Part shown: piece after piece, positions 47,301 to 57,868 of the stretch
How the letters are laid out: each line of letters opens with the position of its first letter
Numbering within the stretch: the stretch's first letter is position 1
Source of the DNA: Saprolegnia diclina VS20
Lineage: Eukaryota
Assembly (NCBI RefSeq): GCF_000281045.1
Contig: NW_008246096.1
Location: 287,727-348,454 of the forward strand
DNA length: 60,728 nt
Direction: 5' to 3'
The notes under the pieces: model-generated
What the model was told of the DNA's origin: nothing
The model's database searches: none
What the model saw: only the letters and a program-made list of their open reading frames with translations
Made by a program: the position numbers and the translations under genes

Positions 47301-49682
47301 TGCCACTGCGGCGCGCGTCACGTTGTCGTGCCCAATGTGCGCGCTCGCACAGGCCATGATACTGCAGTGGCGCCACTGCGCCGACGTTGCGTCAGCACCA
47401 CTCGCCAAGACCGGAATGTGTGGCTCAAGCCGGTGCGCAGCGTCATTGACATCGCTCCAGATACGCGAGAGCAGCTCCGGGCACGCTTCGCAAACGCGGG
47501 TCCAAAGTGTCGCAAGGCTGAGAGACCACAGCCAATCGACACCCGCCACTTGCGCGTCCCGGTCCGTCGACTCGTCGTCGTCATCATCGTCCACCTCGGG
47601 ACGCACTTGTGCAAACAGCCTCTGCGTGTGCAGCGCAGCATGTTTCTGGGCGAGCCACTTCAACACGCCACCAGCCCGCGCCGCGGCCTTGACATCCTCG
47701 GCGCTGAGTCCCAACTGCAGTACGAGGTCGTCGTCGATACTCGTGAGTATGTCGAGGACGTTGATGGTCGACGTGGCGTGCATCGACGAGCGCTGGCGCA
47801 GGGCGGCGACAGCAGCAAGTACGTCGAGCGCGCTGAGCCGAGTCTCAATGAGGTCGCTGCAGAGCACGTAGAGGCACATGGCTTCGATGGCCTCTCCGTG
47901 GGGGGCGGGTACTGGCCCATTCGATGTCTCGCAGATGCGCTGGACGAGGTGCAGAAGCGTCGGAAGCGCGCTCTGGATGGCCTTGTTCGACAAGGGCAGC
48001 CGCACCACGTGCTGGTAGATGCCGTCGACGACCGCACAGAGGCACTTGAGCGACGACGCAATGTACAGGAGCGCGTCGGACGCCACTTGCCGCAGCGAGA
48101 GCTCGCTGTGGACGGCGACGCGCGTCAAGATGAGTGTCTTGTGCTCGTCGCTGAGCTGCATCTCGGCAAACAGCACCTGCGTGCACGCGATCGCGGCTTC
48201 AAAGACACGGAGACCGACCCACGTCTTGTACGCGCCGGCCTTGGAGCTGGCGCCCACGACACCGCTGCCAAACATCGTGTTGCTCTCGATAAGCACCGAC
48301 CCGACAACGTCGGCGACGCTCGTGTGCGAGGCCGCGAGCGCGGCACGGTCCCACGCATAGTCGTCCTCCAGCCGATCCGACGGTGTTAGCAAGATGGCCC
48401 GCAAGGCAGCAAGGCCCACGAGCCGCCGTTCGTCGAAGATCGAGTCGGCTTCCAGGATGAGTCGCCGCACGTGGCTCTGGATGCAGTAGGCCATGTTGTA
48501 GGAAGCCAGCAAGACGCTCATGTCGACGAGATGCTCCAATAGCAAGAGCAGTTTTTGCGGCTTGTGCTTGGTAATGGAGAAGCACCACGCTTGGATGAGG
48601 TTGACGATGTCCATCACGTCCTTCTCGAGCGGTAGAGTCTTGCGCGATGCCTTGTGCCGGCGCAGAAGGTGCTTGAGAAACGTCGAGAGGAGGCGTAGGG
48701 ACGTTACGTCCTTGAGCTGCGAGTGCACGCGGAGGAGCGCCATGGCATCGTCGCGCCAGTAGCGCGCAAAGATCTCGGCGTTCGAGAGCATGAGGGCCAC
48801 CACACGCACGTCCCATGCCACCGCAATGGTCTTGAATTGCCGCTGCTTCTTGAGACAGAGCTTGTACGCGGTGGCGTGGACGTCGCTGAGAAAGCTGTAC
48901 CAGTCGACGTGGCGACTCGGTGGCGGTAGACCGTGTGTGAGCTCGCGATGCAGAATCGCTGCCAGCACGCGCAGCGCGGCGAGACGCGTCGGCAGCTTGT
49001 GCGGCTTGCACGCCAACGCGAGGAGCGACCGCAGAAAGGCGAGTTTGGCCGGCGCCGTCGCTTCGTCGTAGCGCGGCTGCAACAGCTGGAGTTGCATGGA
49101 CGAGAACGTCGCGAGGTAGACTTCTTTGGACATCGACGGCGTCTTGTCGAGACGACCGAGGGTTTCGTCCATGGCAGCGTGGATCGACCCGATCGCGTGC
49201 TGCCCGAGGAGGCCCAGAATCTTTTGCCACTGCACCTGCACAACGTCATCGACCACGAGCGTCGGTGTAAGCGACTTGAACGAGAAAAAGTCGGTCGCGG
49301 GTTTAGCTGCTGGCGCGTCGAGGTCCTTGCTTTCGCTCAGGAGCTTGAGCGTCAGCCGCACGAGTCGGGTCAAGGTCGCGTCGAGTCGTTCATCACAAGG
49401 CGATGACAGCGCCTGCAGCATATCGTAGAGCAAATGACCCACGAGGTAGTGGCCGGCGCGACCAAAGACTGAGCCTTCGACTTTGGCCACGTGCCACTTG
49501 AGGAGCGTGTCGACGGTCGCCACAAAATTGCGCGTCGCCATGCTTGCCCACAAGGAGCTCAGACGCGTCATCTCGGCGACCGCTGCCGGGTCAACATCGG
49601 AGCCTCGCACTAGCACATTCGAGCCATGCGTCGCCATGAACGCATCCAGCTCGCGCCGCAAGAGGACGATCGCGTCGTCCAT
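44397..49682 (-). CDS. Large helical scaffold, Furry/Tao3/MOR2-PAG1-like (single exon)
   Basis: ~1760-aa Leu-rich ARM/HEAT-like ORF. N-terminal VDTLLKWH and C-terminal LFPQLLWVAIALL resemble the MOR2-PAG1 N and C domains. Confidence 0.6.
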   Translation of the reverse strand: MDDAIVLLRRELDAFMATHGSNVLVRGSDVDPAAVAEMTRLSSLWASMATRNFVATVDTLLKWHVAKVEGSVFGRAGHYLVGHLLYDMLQALSSPCDERLDATLTRLVRLTLKLLSESKDLDAPAAKPATDFFSFKSLTPTLVVDDVVQVQWQKILGLLGQHAIGSIHAAMDETLGRLDKTPSMSKEVYLATFSSMQLQLLQPRYDEATAPAKLAFLRSLLALACKPHKLPTRLAALRVLAAILHRELTHGLPPPSRHVDWYSFLSDVHATAYKLCLKKQRQFKTIAVAWDVRVVALMLSNAEIFARYWRDDAMALLRVHSQLKDVTSLRLLSTFLKHLLRRHKASRKTLPLEKDVMDIVNLIQAWCFSITKHKPQKLLLLLEHLVDMSVLLASYNMAYCIQSHVRRLILEADSIFDERRLVGLAALRAILLTPSDRLEDDYAWDRAALAASHTSVADVVGSVLIESNTMFGSGVVGASSKAGAYKTWVGLRVFEAAIACTQVLFAEMQLSDEHKTLILTRVAVHSELSLRQVASDALLYIASSLKCLCAVVDGIYQHVVRLPLSNKAIQSALPTLLHLVQRICETSNGPVPAPHGEAIEAMCLYVLCSDLIETRLSALDVLAAVAALRQRSSMHATSTINVLDILTSIDDDLVLQLGLSAEDVKAAARAGGVLKWLAQKHAALHTQRLFAQVRPEVDDDDDDESTDRDAQVAGVDWLWSLSLATLWTRVCEACPELLSRIWSDVNDAAHRLEPHIPVLASGADATSAQWRHCSIMACASAHIGHDNVTRAAVAQLLERQCRYLKSPSGHQRQAAVLALGATHVSAHDLLFEHLAALELDAFCGAELWLATALSPPTSPPSLLSNGGPKMTKRGSKHQLLATKSLGIQSELPWAIARIYRSLLSHPNSMHIWSKRAFRRQLLGFLEKVHAHVSCPTLLLRSDICAILEAVVHHSNLATGFVADEPNQEPPLEAALTMSQRARWFETLAAWSRDVAPSDALAWTPHVWTLRLPTMVDEAHARCSHPLRPTRDEWIELRYGLLHAACAAIAGLLLGPAFDVQIVFAWLDELLTATTIPPARASIFGRIRRLLGNGVRLLLSSGNDEALAVCIERCLLTRPCANEYVTLIADVLLDLGAEFRASTSFPKLLLVGLLHMETNNGMQILLTLLETPETTMSMERTLSVPLGTTAAGLWVAQRVASTYKSVSHDVVAALLTFVHKCPSILVQSRLLEMAVPWVHSLNSTANVHALLFRVTTDLQVPAVARLWTELVASEANLQALLGLVYAIESNERLTTAKWILSCVEVERLTAATLAYDDDERRRHDRVLDTAARTIAFLAPHLHACSAAHRQVLKHLAVSVLYGYASTQPLWHVQDEALRSAVAVDCARVLEATSANVGMRLRACLDRPSTPSLDELRELLAPLGSALPECETAAWADACQAAFGGATGSAQQQLYAQCSLYVYRVLQPRFSGPACVHLLGLLRSALDDVDAIAFVHEYLLTLTHLAQAMPSSKLVLFPQLLWVAIALLKHAQSPLSAPTLDPLSLQGPSLSLLHALVSKPSFFEPIVQDMLLARRPPQWKPHVVDCTLDILLALSQQLTSPETEAIVVRTAKAMLFHTSSVAHGVVLTALLLPSVLSTACHETAHDLGYLWRLLGQLELAVALTSAVPIDELAPHVLRGCLNSLSDEKLFLDVLLAILVGQCTRLHAPTLQLLLHLVLVAPPAFWKRNGTLLAVVTRLLHRTSSRDATWPTLLSLLSTLLPPL

Positions 49683-50168
49683 CGATCCCAGCGCGATCCG
49701 ACTGCGTCGTTTCACGATGCAACCAAACCTCTTATTTTCGATCCGCATCCAACTCTACCTTTCACAATCGATATTGCACGGGACGTTGCCACGCACGTGT
49801 GCCAGTCTGCCAGGGCCTCGCCCATCCACGCAGCACAAGGCCGCGCGCAGCTGCGTGTGTGGGACCCGCAACACCTTATGATGGCGGGTCCGTGGTACAT
49901 GGTCGTATCGGGGTACCGCGGCCGCCCTCCTGCCACTACGAGCCCATGAATCCAGAGGATACAAGCGGCCACGCAGGGCGCCACGGGACCTTCCCGCCCC
50001 TCGCACACCTTCCCAGTCCCTTTGCACTTGAGAACCAAGACGCCAAATGGCAATCGCCGCTGTAGCTGCAGCAGTCGCTTTCCATCACGCTGGTGAGGCT
50101 CGGTCCGCCCAGTAACAGTATATCGCGAAAGATCATACACTATTTGAGGATTCAGCTGCTCACAATCC

Positions 50169-50183
50169 ACACTTTCGCAATTC
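50169..50183 (+). promoter_or_regulatory. Inr/FPR-like core promoter element
   Basis: ACACTTTCGCAATTC lies 18 nt upstream of ATG 50201, followed by (CAG)5. Confidence 0.5.
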
Positions 50184-50200
50184 CCAGCAGCAGCAGCAGC

Positions 50201-50509
50201 ATGGCCGTCGCCCCACCGCGTTGCGTCGGGCGCACCGAAGTGTCGATCGACATGGAGATCGACGAGTTCAGCAACGAGGTCTCGTACGTCTTCCAGTACA
50301 AGCAGCCCCACGAGAAGTGGGACGACGCGGTCGCCGTCGTCGCGCCGCAGCCGCGTGCGATCCTCGACGACCTCAACCCGACGTGCACCTACCACATCCG
50401 CGTGCAGGCGACGACCAAGGCCACGGGCGCGGTCGCCTACAGCGAAGCCGTCGCCGTCGATACCGAAGTGCCTGGCTGCACGCCGTCCCCAACCTGCACC
50501 ATTCTTTGA
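50201..50509 (+). CDS. Small single fibronectin type III domain protein with C-terminal CaaX box
   Basis: 102 aa; FN3 hallmarks YVFQYK..W and LDDLNPTCTYHIRVQA..YSE; ends PGCTPSPTCTIL*. Confidence 0.75.
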   Translation: MAVAPPRCVGRTEVSIDMEIDEFSNEVSYVFQYKQPHEKWDDAVAVVAPQPRAILDDLNPTCTYHIRVQATTKATGAVAYSEAVAVDTEVPGCTPSPTCTIL

Positions 50510-50579
50510 TCGTAGTATGCGTCGCAACCAATACATATATAAGAGTGTCAACCTATCGTGTCCTAACGACCCAACGACC

Positions 50580-53500
50580 TTATGCGAACCACGGCGCGAC
50601 CTTGTCGACATGGGCTGGTAGCGTCGCAACGTCCTTGAGGGCGACCGCGCTGGCCTGGACGAGGGCAACGGTGGCTTCGTGGCCCAGACTCGTCTCGATC
50701 TCGGCGCACGTCGCTTGGACAAGCTTGGCCGCCAATCCACTCTCGACCTTCATACGAGCGCCATGAGCAACTATGTTTTCGTCGAGCAGTCTGCTTACCA
50801 GCGGGCGAAGCGTGGTCGTGAGCCACGCCAGGGGAATGGCACCTGCTGCAACCAGAAACGCAGGCACGGGTGCCACGTAGCTGGCCGCTTGCGGCACGTC
50901 AATCTCAACGTCTTCAAAGATGGAGACGAGCCACCACGCGAGGGCGGCTTGGAGATCTGCCGTCGGCAGCGTCCCTCGGCCGTGGAGATCGCGGAGGACC
51001 GTCACAAGCTGCGCGCGTTGACTGCTCTTGCACTCGCAGAGCATGTTGAGAACGAGTTTGACGAGCGTCATGTGGAGCTTCTCGTGCGCCGCGAGCTCGT
51101 GGAGGCACGTTTCGACCTCAGCAATGTCGCCAACGACAAGGTACTCGTCGACAATCGGCGTCAGTCGCGCCCAGAGCTCTTCATCATCCTCGTCTTCCTC
51201 GTCATCGTAAAAGTACATGTCGATCTCCTGCTCCTTAAGAAACGCGTCGACCGATGCGCCGTCGGGCAAGAAGGCAACGACCGAGAGCTCTTCACGTGCA
51301 ATCATGGCAACGACCGACTCGAGCGACGTCTCTTCTTCAATCACAGAGAGAACTTCGGCCAGCAAGAGCCCGGCAAGCCCGCTGTCCACCTACCAGAAGC
51401 CATATGTGAAGACGCGACTTTAGGATGATAGCGCCGTACCAAGTGCCCCACGACCGACTGTAGCCAGGAGAGACCAAAGCAACCTGCCAGAATGAGCCGA
51501 CCCAGCACGGCCGCCAACGACTCGTGCACCTACGGGCCGTCAGGATCCGCGACGTTCATCAAGAACGGACCATGGGGATATCGATGCGGAGATCGTCGAG
51601 AAACTCGAGCGTGTTGAGGAGCGCGCTCTGCATCTCGGTGGCGCCCAGATCCAACGTCTCGTAGAGCGACGCCAGCATATCGACGGCCGCGGACCGCTCG
51701 TGGTCCTTGCCTTCGAGCGCATATGTCAAGGCCGTATCGATGAACGACACGTGCACGTCCCGGGGCAGCTCGCGGAGACACGCGCGCGTCTCGTCGAGGT
51801 CGTGCGACGCAAGGTACTCCTTGACAATGCCCTTGATGCGACTCGAAGCCGCGGCCGGCGACAGCGGCGCGGGAGCCCGCAGCAAGAGCGTGCTGTTTTG
51901 CTTGGCGAGTTTCTCGCTCGAGTTCGCAGTCTTCTTGCGCTTCCCGACCAAATCGTCGTGCTGCGCGTTCTTCCCGAGACGCTGGAGCTTCTCGGCTTCC
52001 TTGCGGACTTCGTCGAGTGTTTTTTGTTGCAGTTCCTAGTCATATCGTGTCGTCTCTTCGATTGTACAAGCAGCGAGTACCTTGCGCCGGGGCACCCATT
52101 GGTAGTCGCGAGTCTCGAGAAGGTCCTTGAGCAGAAAGCGCGTCCGGGACGGCAGCGACGGCGTCTCGGACAGTTCGACGAGACGAACAATGATGCCATT
52201 CATGACCGTCTTGACGCCGTCATGATCAAACTTCTTGCCGACGGTCGCAAGCATCTTGCAGAGCGCTTCGAGCTCTTCCTCGTCCGGCATGCTACGCCAT
52301 TACGTCAGCGAGTCCATGCAAAGACGAATGTGCACCGAAGCGTCTGCAGCGCAATGCCCTGCGTCTCGGTCGTCACGAGGCGAAGACCGAGGAGCTTGAG
52401 CAAGCACGTTTGAACCACGTTTTCCTACCAACACGGTCGCGTCCTCGTCATGCACATGACGTCATACCGCGAGGAGCTCGACCTTGAAGAGCTCGCCGAT
52501 GAAGCGCATGTTGCCAAGCATGCGGGCTTTGGCGCGCTTGGCCACCTATCGCCACATGGCTCAGGAAACGTTGCTTCAGGAAGAGGCTTGTACCAGCGCC
52601 GCACGGTGCTTTTCTTCTTCGGTCGTCGGCGCCACGGTCTTGTCGGCCACGTTCTACGTCATACGAGCGTCCGCGACCGTCCGTGACAGAGGTGGCGATG
52701 TACCCATTTGTCAAACTCGTCCTGGCAGCGCGTCACAAGAAGGCGCTTGAACGTTGTGCACTTGACAGCCGCCTTCATCGCAGCGTCCGCTACGCCATCT
52801 CATACTTGTATCGTAGCCCTAAACACCCCAAGAACGTACCCGAAGGAAAGTTACCGAGCAGCAGTTCGTCTTCGGTCAGCGAGTCGCGGGTTTTGGCCGA
52901 GACAAAGTAGCCGGCGCCGGCGCGCTTGGTGCAAATAGCAAAGAGGTGGGTGTCGTTGCAGTAGAACGACGGCACGTTGAGCTCGTCCACCGCGACAGGC
53001 GGGTCGCTCGACGGCGGCGCGGCCACGCACGCGTCGACACTACTCGACACGCAATCAACCATCATCCACTGTCTCACTTGCTACCTCTCGTAGGGACCAT
53101 AGAACGGCGGAAACGACGGGCTCGAAATGGCCGTCCAGAGCCAGCTCTAGCACTGCACATGAGCACAAACGAAGGCTGCAACATCGAATACCTTGCTGGT
53201 GGCGTGCTGCACCGGGTGCAGAAACTTGTAGGCGCCGTTGGCGAGCGTGTGGGCGTGAAGGCGCGCGCAGAGGTCGGCGTACACCTCGGCAAAGTTGGGC
53301 TCGTCCAGCGCCTTCTCCATGATCATGCGAACGATGGTGCGAAGCACCCCAAACGACGTGAGTGGAATTTCGCAAAACGACAGCGTGAGCTTCTCAAAGA
53401 GCTCACGCGTGAGCTTGTTGAGGAGAGTCTTGACCGTGGCCGCGACCGAGTCGTCGATAACGACGACCTTTTCTTTGGATGGCACCCAGCGCTTCTCCGA

Positions 53501-55275
53501 CTTGACAAACGGCTCGTACGGTCCATCGAGAAGCGGCGGCGGCGCGACGTCTCGTCCACCGCGGCGCCCTTTGCCGCCCTTCTTGCCACCGTAGTCGCGC
53601 TCGCGCTCGCGGCGGCCGTTGCCAGCATTGTTGCCTACGATCTGTCAGATCTGAGCCATCACGAGTCACGATGACAGACCATGGGACGCAGATGGCCGCT
53701 GCGACGCAGTGCCTCGGCGCAACGAGCTACGGTCGCGCGACGCGAACGAGCCTTTTGCTGACCGCGCAAGCGCGCGCGGTGACGCTGGCATCGTGATGAC
53801 GGTCATGTCGGCGGTCAAGTCGGCCGGCTTGGGGTACTCGCGCTTGTAGCTACAAAGATATCTTATCGGCAAAGAGAGAATGGCCCCTGTCTACCTCAGC
53901 AATTCGAGATACGAGTAGCGCATCTTCTCGAGCGGCTTCGTGGGCTCGCGTGCGATGCTTAAGGCGAGCGACGACGAGAGACTCGACTTCATGCTTTGCA
54001 TGAGCGACGACTTGAAGACCGGCGCGGATGGCTTGGGCGCGGTCTCCTTCTGGAGCTTGGCGTAGTAGTCGTTTGTGCGCTTCTCTTTCTCACTTAGCGA
54101 CTCGCCGCGGGGCTTTTCGACCGACCTCGGCTTGTCGAACGATGATGCTGCAAAGCTGCTGCGCGGCTTCTCGACCGACATGGCGCCGCGGGCCTGCAGC
54201 CGTTCTCGCAGCGTCGCATACTGCGGCTGCTCGTCCGTCACAGTGCGTGTCAATGTCACTAATTGCTGCGGTATGACGCGAACGGACAAGGTGTCATATG
54301 TACCTTTACGCACTTCGGGGGACGGGGCTTGGGCTGGCCGCTGGACGGCAGGTCCCGCAGATGCTTGTCGGTGCAGCGCGGGCCCCCGGCTCTCGAATGA
54401 GGTCTTTCGTGCGAGTGGTGCCGGCGGCGGCGGTGCGTGTGACTCGATGTTGCGCCGCGAAGAGTCGCTGTCCCGTTTACCGCTATTGCTTCGGTCGCGT
54501 CGCGCCTCGCGTGGCGGCGCGTCGTCCATGGAAGAGCGGGAGCTGGACCGAGAGAGGCCGCGGGGATCGTCTGTAGAGGTGTGCTTCGGGCCGACTCGTG
54601 ACAGAATCGACGCTACACAAGGGGTCAGAATGGACAGCAGCATCGTGCGCTCGGCGTACGCTTCTTCCCGTCATGGCTGCTTGCCTGAGAGCTCTGTCGC
54701 TCGAGCGTGACCGTTCGATCGCGTGGCTGCCGCTCAATCGATACGTCGCGCTTCTTGAAGCTAGAGCGCGGCCCGTCATTACGCGCCGGCTTGGCCTCGG
54801 CCTCCTGCAAGGTTGCATGCAACGACGACTTGAAGCGCGGCTTGGCTTCGCGATACGTCTTTTCGTCATGTCGATGTGTCTTGGGCGCGCTACTGTCGTC
54901 ATTGCCGGCCGCCACTATGAGCGACGACTTGAAGGGCGTCTTGGCCGGCGGCGACGGCTCGGACGCGACAGCGACGGCCTTGGGCTCTGTCACCGTGTCT
55001 ACGGACGCCATCAAGCTCGATCGGAACTTGGTCGGCGGCGCCTCCGAAGGTGTCGCCTCCTTCGTCACGTCCTTCTTGGGCGCGTAGACCATGCGCTTCT
55101 TTGTCCGCGCCTCGTGGGTCTTGGGCGCATCATGCTCGTCCATCGATGGCTGCTTGGCTGGTCGGTCGCGGCCTGACGACTTACCCCGGCCGCTGGGCGC
55201 GTGGTCCTTCTCGTTGCCGTCCGTGGCGAGCGACGCAGCGAGGCTGCTCTTGAACTTGGGTCGGTTGGCCGCCAT
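50580..55275 (-). CDS. Eukaryotic translation initiation factor 4G-like (4E-binding motif, MIF4G, MA3 domains), multi-exon
   Basis: YSYLELL (YxxxxLphi). MIF4G: VKTLLNKLTRELFEKL, IMEKALDEPNFAEVYADLC, FKRLLVTRCQDEF, RMLGNMRFIGELFK, EEELEALCKMLATVGK, SRTRFLLKDLLE. MA3: IVKEYLASHDLDE, DDLRIDIP, EDVEIDVPQA. Confidence 0.88.
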
Positions 55276-55653
55276 CTCGTTGTTCTTGTTGTCTTCGTCG
55301 CCTTGTTCCCCAGTATACACTATTTATGTTTAAATAGCACATTAAATAGTGTTGGATTTTAACAGAGTGGCCATGCAAAGCGGCAAGTTCAAGCTCATAC
55401 TGCAGCACCATGGCCGAGACTTGGCGATAACGAGACACGGTGTGTGCACTCACGTCTGAACGCCAGCAGAATGCGTCTGCTGTCCGAGATGCCCCACCGA
55501 CAATGTGACTGGGCCCAGGGCAGGATGCCTTGACTTATGAAGGTCAGGTCAGCTGCACGACAATGCCCCACAAGCCCACTCGTCTCGCCTTGTCCGCCGA
55601 CTCATACACATGCATGGGTTAAAATGAAGTCGATTCAAAGGAGATACAGCGAT

Positions 55654-56145
55654 CTACGCGGTCGCGCGATGGTCGTTCGTGAACGCGCCGACGATCGAGT
55701 TGCCAGCGAGGACAAAGATGCTGAGCGCACCAACAGCAAAGCCGGCGACACGCGGGTAGAGCCACCCGTTGGCGTACGCGATCGTGTGGAGGAAGCGCGC
55801 GGCCGTAAAGGTCGTGATGGCGGCGACGGTCACACTCGCGTTGCCGCCGGTCGTCGCGGCGCCGTACGCCATGATGAGGCCGAGCGGGATGTTCTCGACG
55901 TCGTTGGCGAGGATGCGTTGCCAGCGCAGGTCCTCAATCTTGGCCGCGACTTCCTTGGGCGAGAGGGCCTCGGACGACGACAGGCCAAACGACTGCTTCA
56001 TACCGGGGCGGAAGCCTTCGTCTTCGGGTGCGCGGTTGCCAGCGATAAACTTCTTCTTGGCACTAATGCGCGCGACGGCAATGTACTTGGCGTAGAGCAG
56101 CGTGCTGCAGATCGCAATGGCTTGGAAAGGCGACGGTCCTGGCAT
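55654..56145 (-). CDS. MAPEG family protein (microsomal glutathione S-transferase-like), copy 1
   Basis: LLYAKY, GNRAPED, RWQRILANDVENIPLG, FTAARFLHTIAY; 4 hydrophobic helices. Confidence 0.9.
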   Translation of the reverse strand: MPGPSPFQAIAICSTLLYAKYIAVARISAKKKFIAGNRAPEDEGFRPGMKQSFGLSSSEALSPKEVAAKIEDLRWQRILANDVENIPLGLIMAYGAATTGGNASVTVAAITTFTAARFLHTIAYANGWLYPRVAGFAVGALSIFVLAGNSIVGAFTNDHRATA

Positions 56146-56981
56146 GTTGATCGTTGACGCGTTCCGCAGAATCTGAAACTGGGAGCACCCTGGAACAGAC
56201 GAGAACGTTGATACTGTAGCAAGTGATGTCGACGCCTCTGGTGCAGCTCTGGTGCAGTGGGTGGCGACGTGGCCATCGGACAGGCATGACGCATCCTCGA
56301 CAGGCTCCACGTTCAGTCTTGGATTCGATTTTTACGGGGGTTTGATTGGCTCGTCTCGTGCATCGATATTTCGTTTTTCATGCTGTCGGCCCATGCAGTG
56401 TCGGAGCTGGCAGCAATCGCATACGTAAACAGTCCCAAGACAGTCAAGCTCGCTTATCGCTCAGTTCACTCAGCTTTGCCACGCATGTGAGGTGCTCATG
56501 TGAAGTGCACAGGTGTGGGCAAAGGGTGAGGGGCTTGTATCGAGTGTTCCCGCGCCCACTTCGCGTGTATCCGTTGTGATTATTTGTGGCATATGCCACT
56601 ATTAAAAAACGATATGGTATCGACCACATCTCGGGCTGTGCGCCTGCAACACCGACACGAGATGGCATGCTGTGCTCGCCAAAGCTATCTCTATCACGGG
56701 GCCAAGTATAAGCGATTTCATTTTCAATGCAAGTTCGAGCGATCGTGTGGCACAGCGGCGGCAAGCTGAGGATCTCACTAAAAGATGATTGGACAAAAAT
56801 AAATATGAGAGCCAATGAAAAGACACAAAGCGTTTCGACGAGCATATATCCATTCTAGCGGGCCCTTGCAAAACGAATAAGACGTGGCGCTGCTGGAGTG
56901 AAGCTCCAATACGAAACGCAAAACACAATAATAATGCGAGGTTGCTATTCGGATAGTTAATCGATAATCCCACATCTTGGC

Positions 56982-57470
56982 TCAGGACGCAAAGGCGCCG
57001 ACGACAGCGTTCCCAGCGAGCGTAAAGAGACTGAACGCACCAATGGTGTAGCCCGTGATGCGAGGGTAGAGCCAACCGTTGGCGTATGCGATCGTATGGA
57101 GGAAACGCGCGGCTGTAAAGACTGCAACCGCCGTGACCGTGACCGTCGCGTTGCCCCCAGCCGTCGCAGCACCCCACGCCAACACGAGCCCGAGTGGAAT
57201 GTTCTCGACATCGTTGGCAAGGATGCGCTGCCAGCGAATGTCCTCGATCGCGGCGGCAGTGTCCGACGCCAAGAGGAGACCCGTGCCTTCGTTTGCTGAG
57301 GTCGCGAGGCCAAACGACTGTGGCTTCCCGGGCTCGGCAGCCGTGTCTTCGGGGGCGCGGTTCCCAGTCGCAACCTTTTTTTTGGCGCTGACAATAGACA
57401 CGGCAAAGTACTTGGCGTAAAGAAGGGCACTGGCGACCGCGACCGCTTGAGTCGGCGTGATCGTGGTCAT
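56982..57470 (-). CDS. MAPEG family protein (microsomal glutathione S-transferase-like), copy 2
   Basis: Same motifs as copy 1 (GNRAPED, RWQRILANDVENIPLG, ARFLHTIAYANGWLYPR); start MTTITPTQ. Confidence 0.9.
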   Translation of the reverse strand: MTTITPTQAVAVASALLYAKYFAVSIVSAKKKVATGNRAPEDTAAEPGKPQSFGLATSANEGTGLLLASDTAAAIEDIRWQRILANDVENIPLGLVLAWGAATAGGNATVTVTAVAVFTAARFLHTIAYANGWLYPRITGYTIGAFSLFTLAGNAVVGAFAS

Positions 57471-57868
57471 GATCGATACGTTGTAGACAAAGACTATTTT
57501 GAAATGGTGAAAGATCGCAATGACGTTCGACGCGTGTTTGGTCCAGTCGCCGGATCGGCAATCAATGAGACGGTTGATGATGGGCTCGGTTCGACGGCAC
57601 AAACGAGATGCGCAATCCATCTCCCCTACCCCTGGCTCAGAGCCAGTCGCTGGGGTTGCAGAAACGATCGGTCTACAACTTGAAGCGTAATCAAAGTACT
57701 ACAAATATAGTGCACATTCACAGGGTTTTGCTTGAAGCTGGTGTTGTCAAGACTACAGAGGCCTTGGTATTATGCGCTCTGCGCGTGCAGTACTCAATAT
57801 TAATCCCAAGGCCGCTAGTAATCGGTGTGCTATTCACATCGACTCGTCGTGTTGCGTCGCACACGGAG

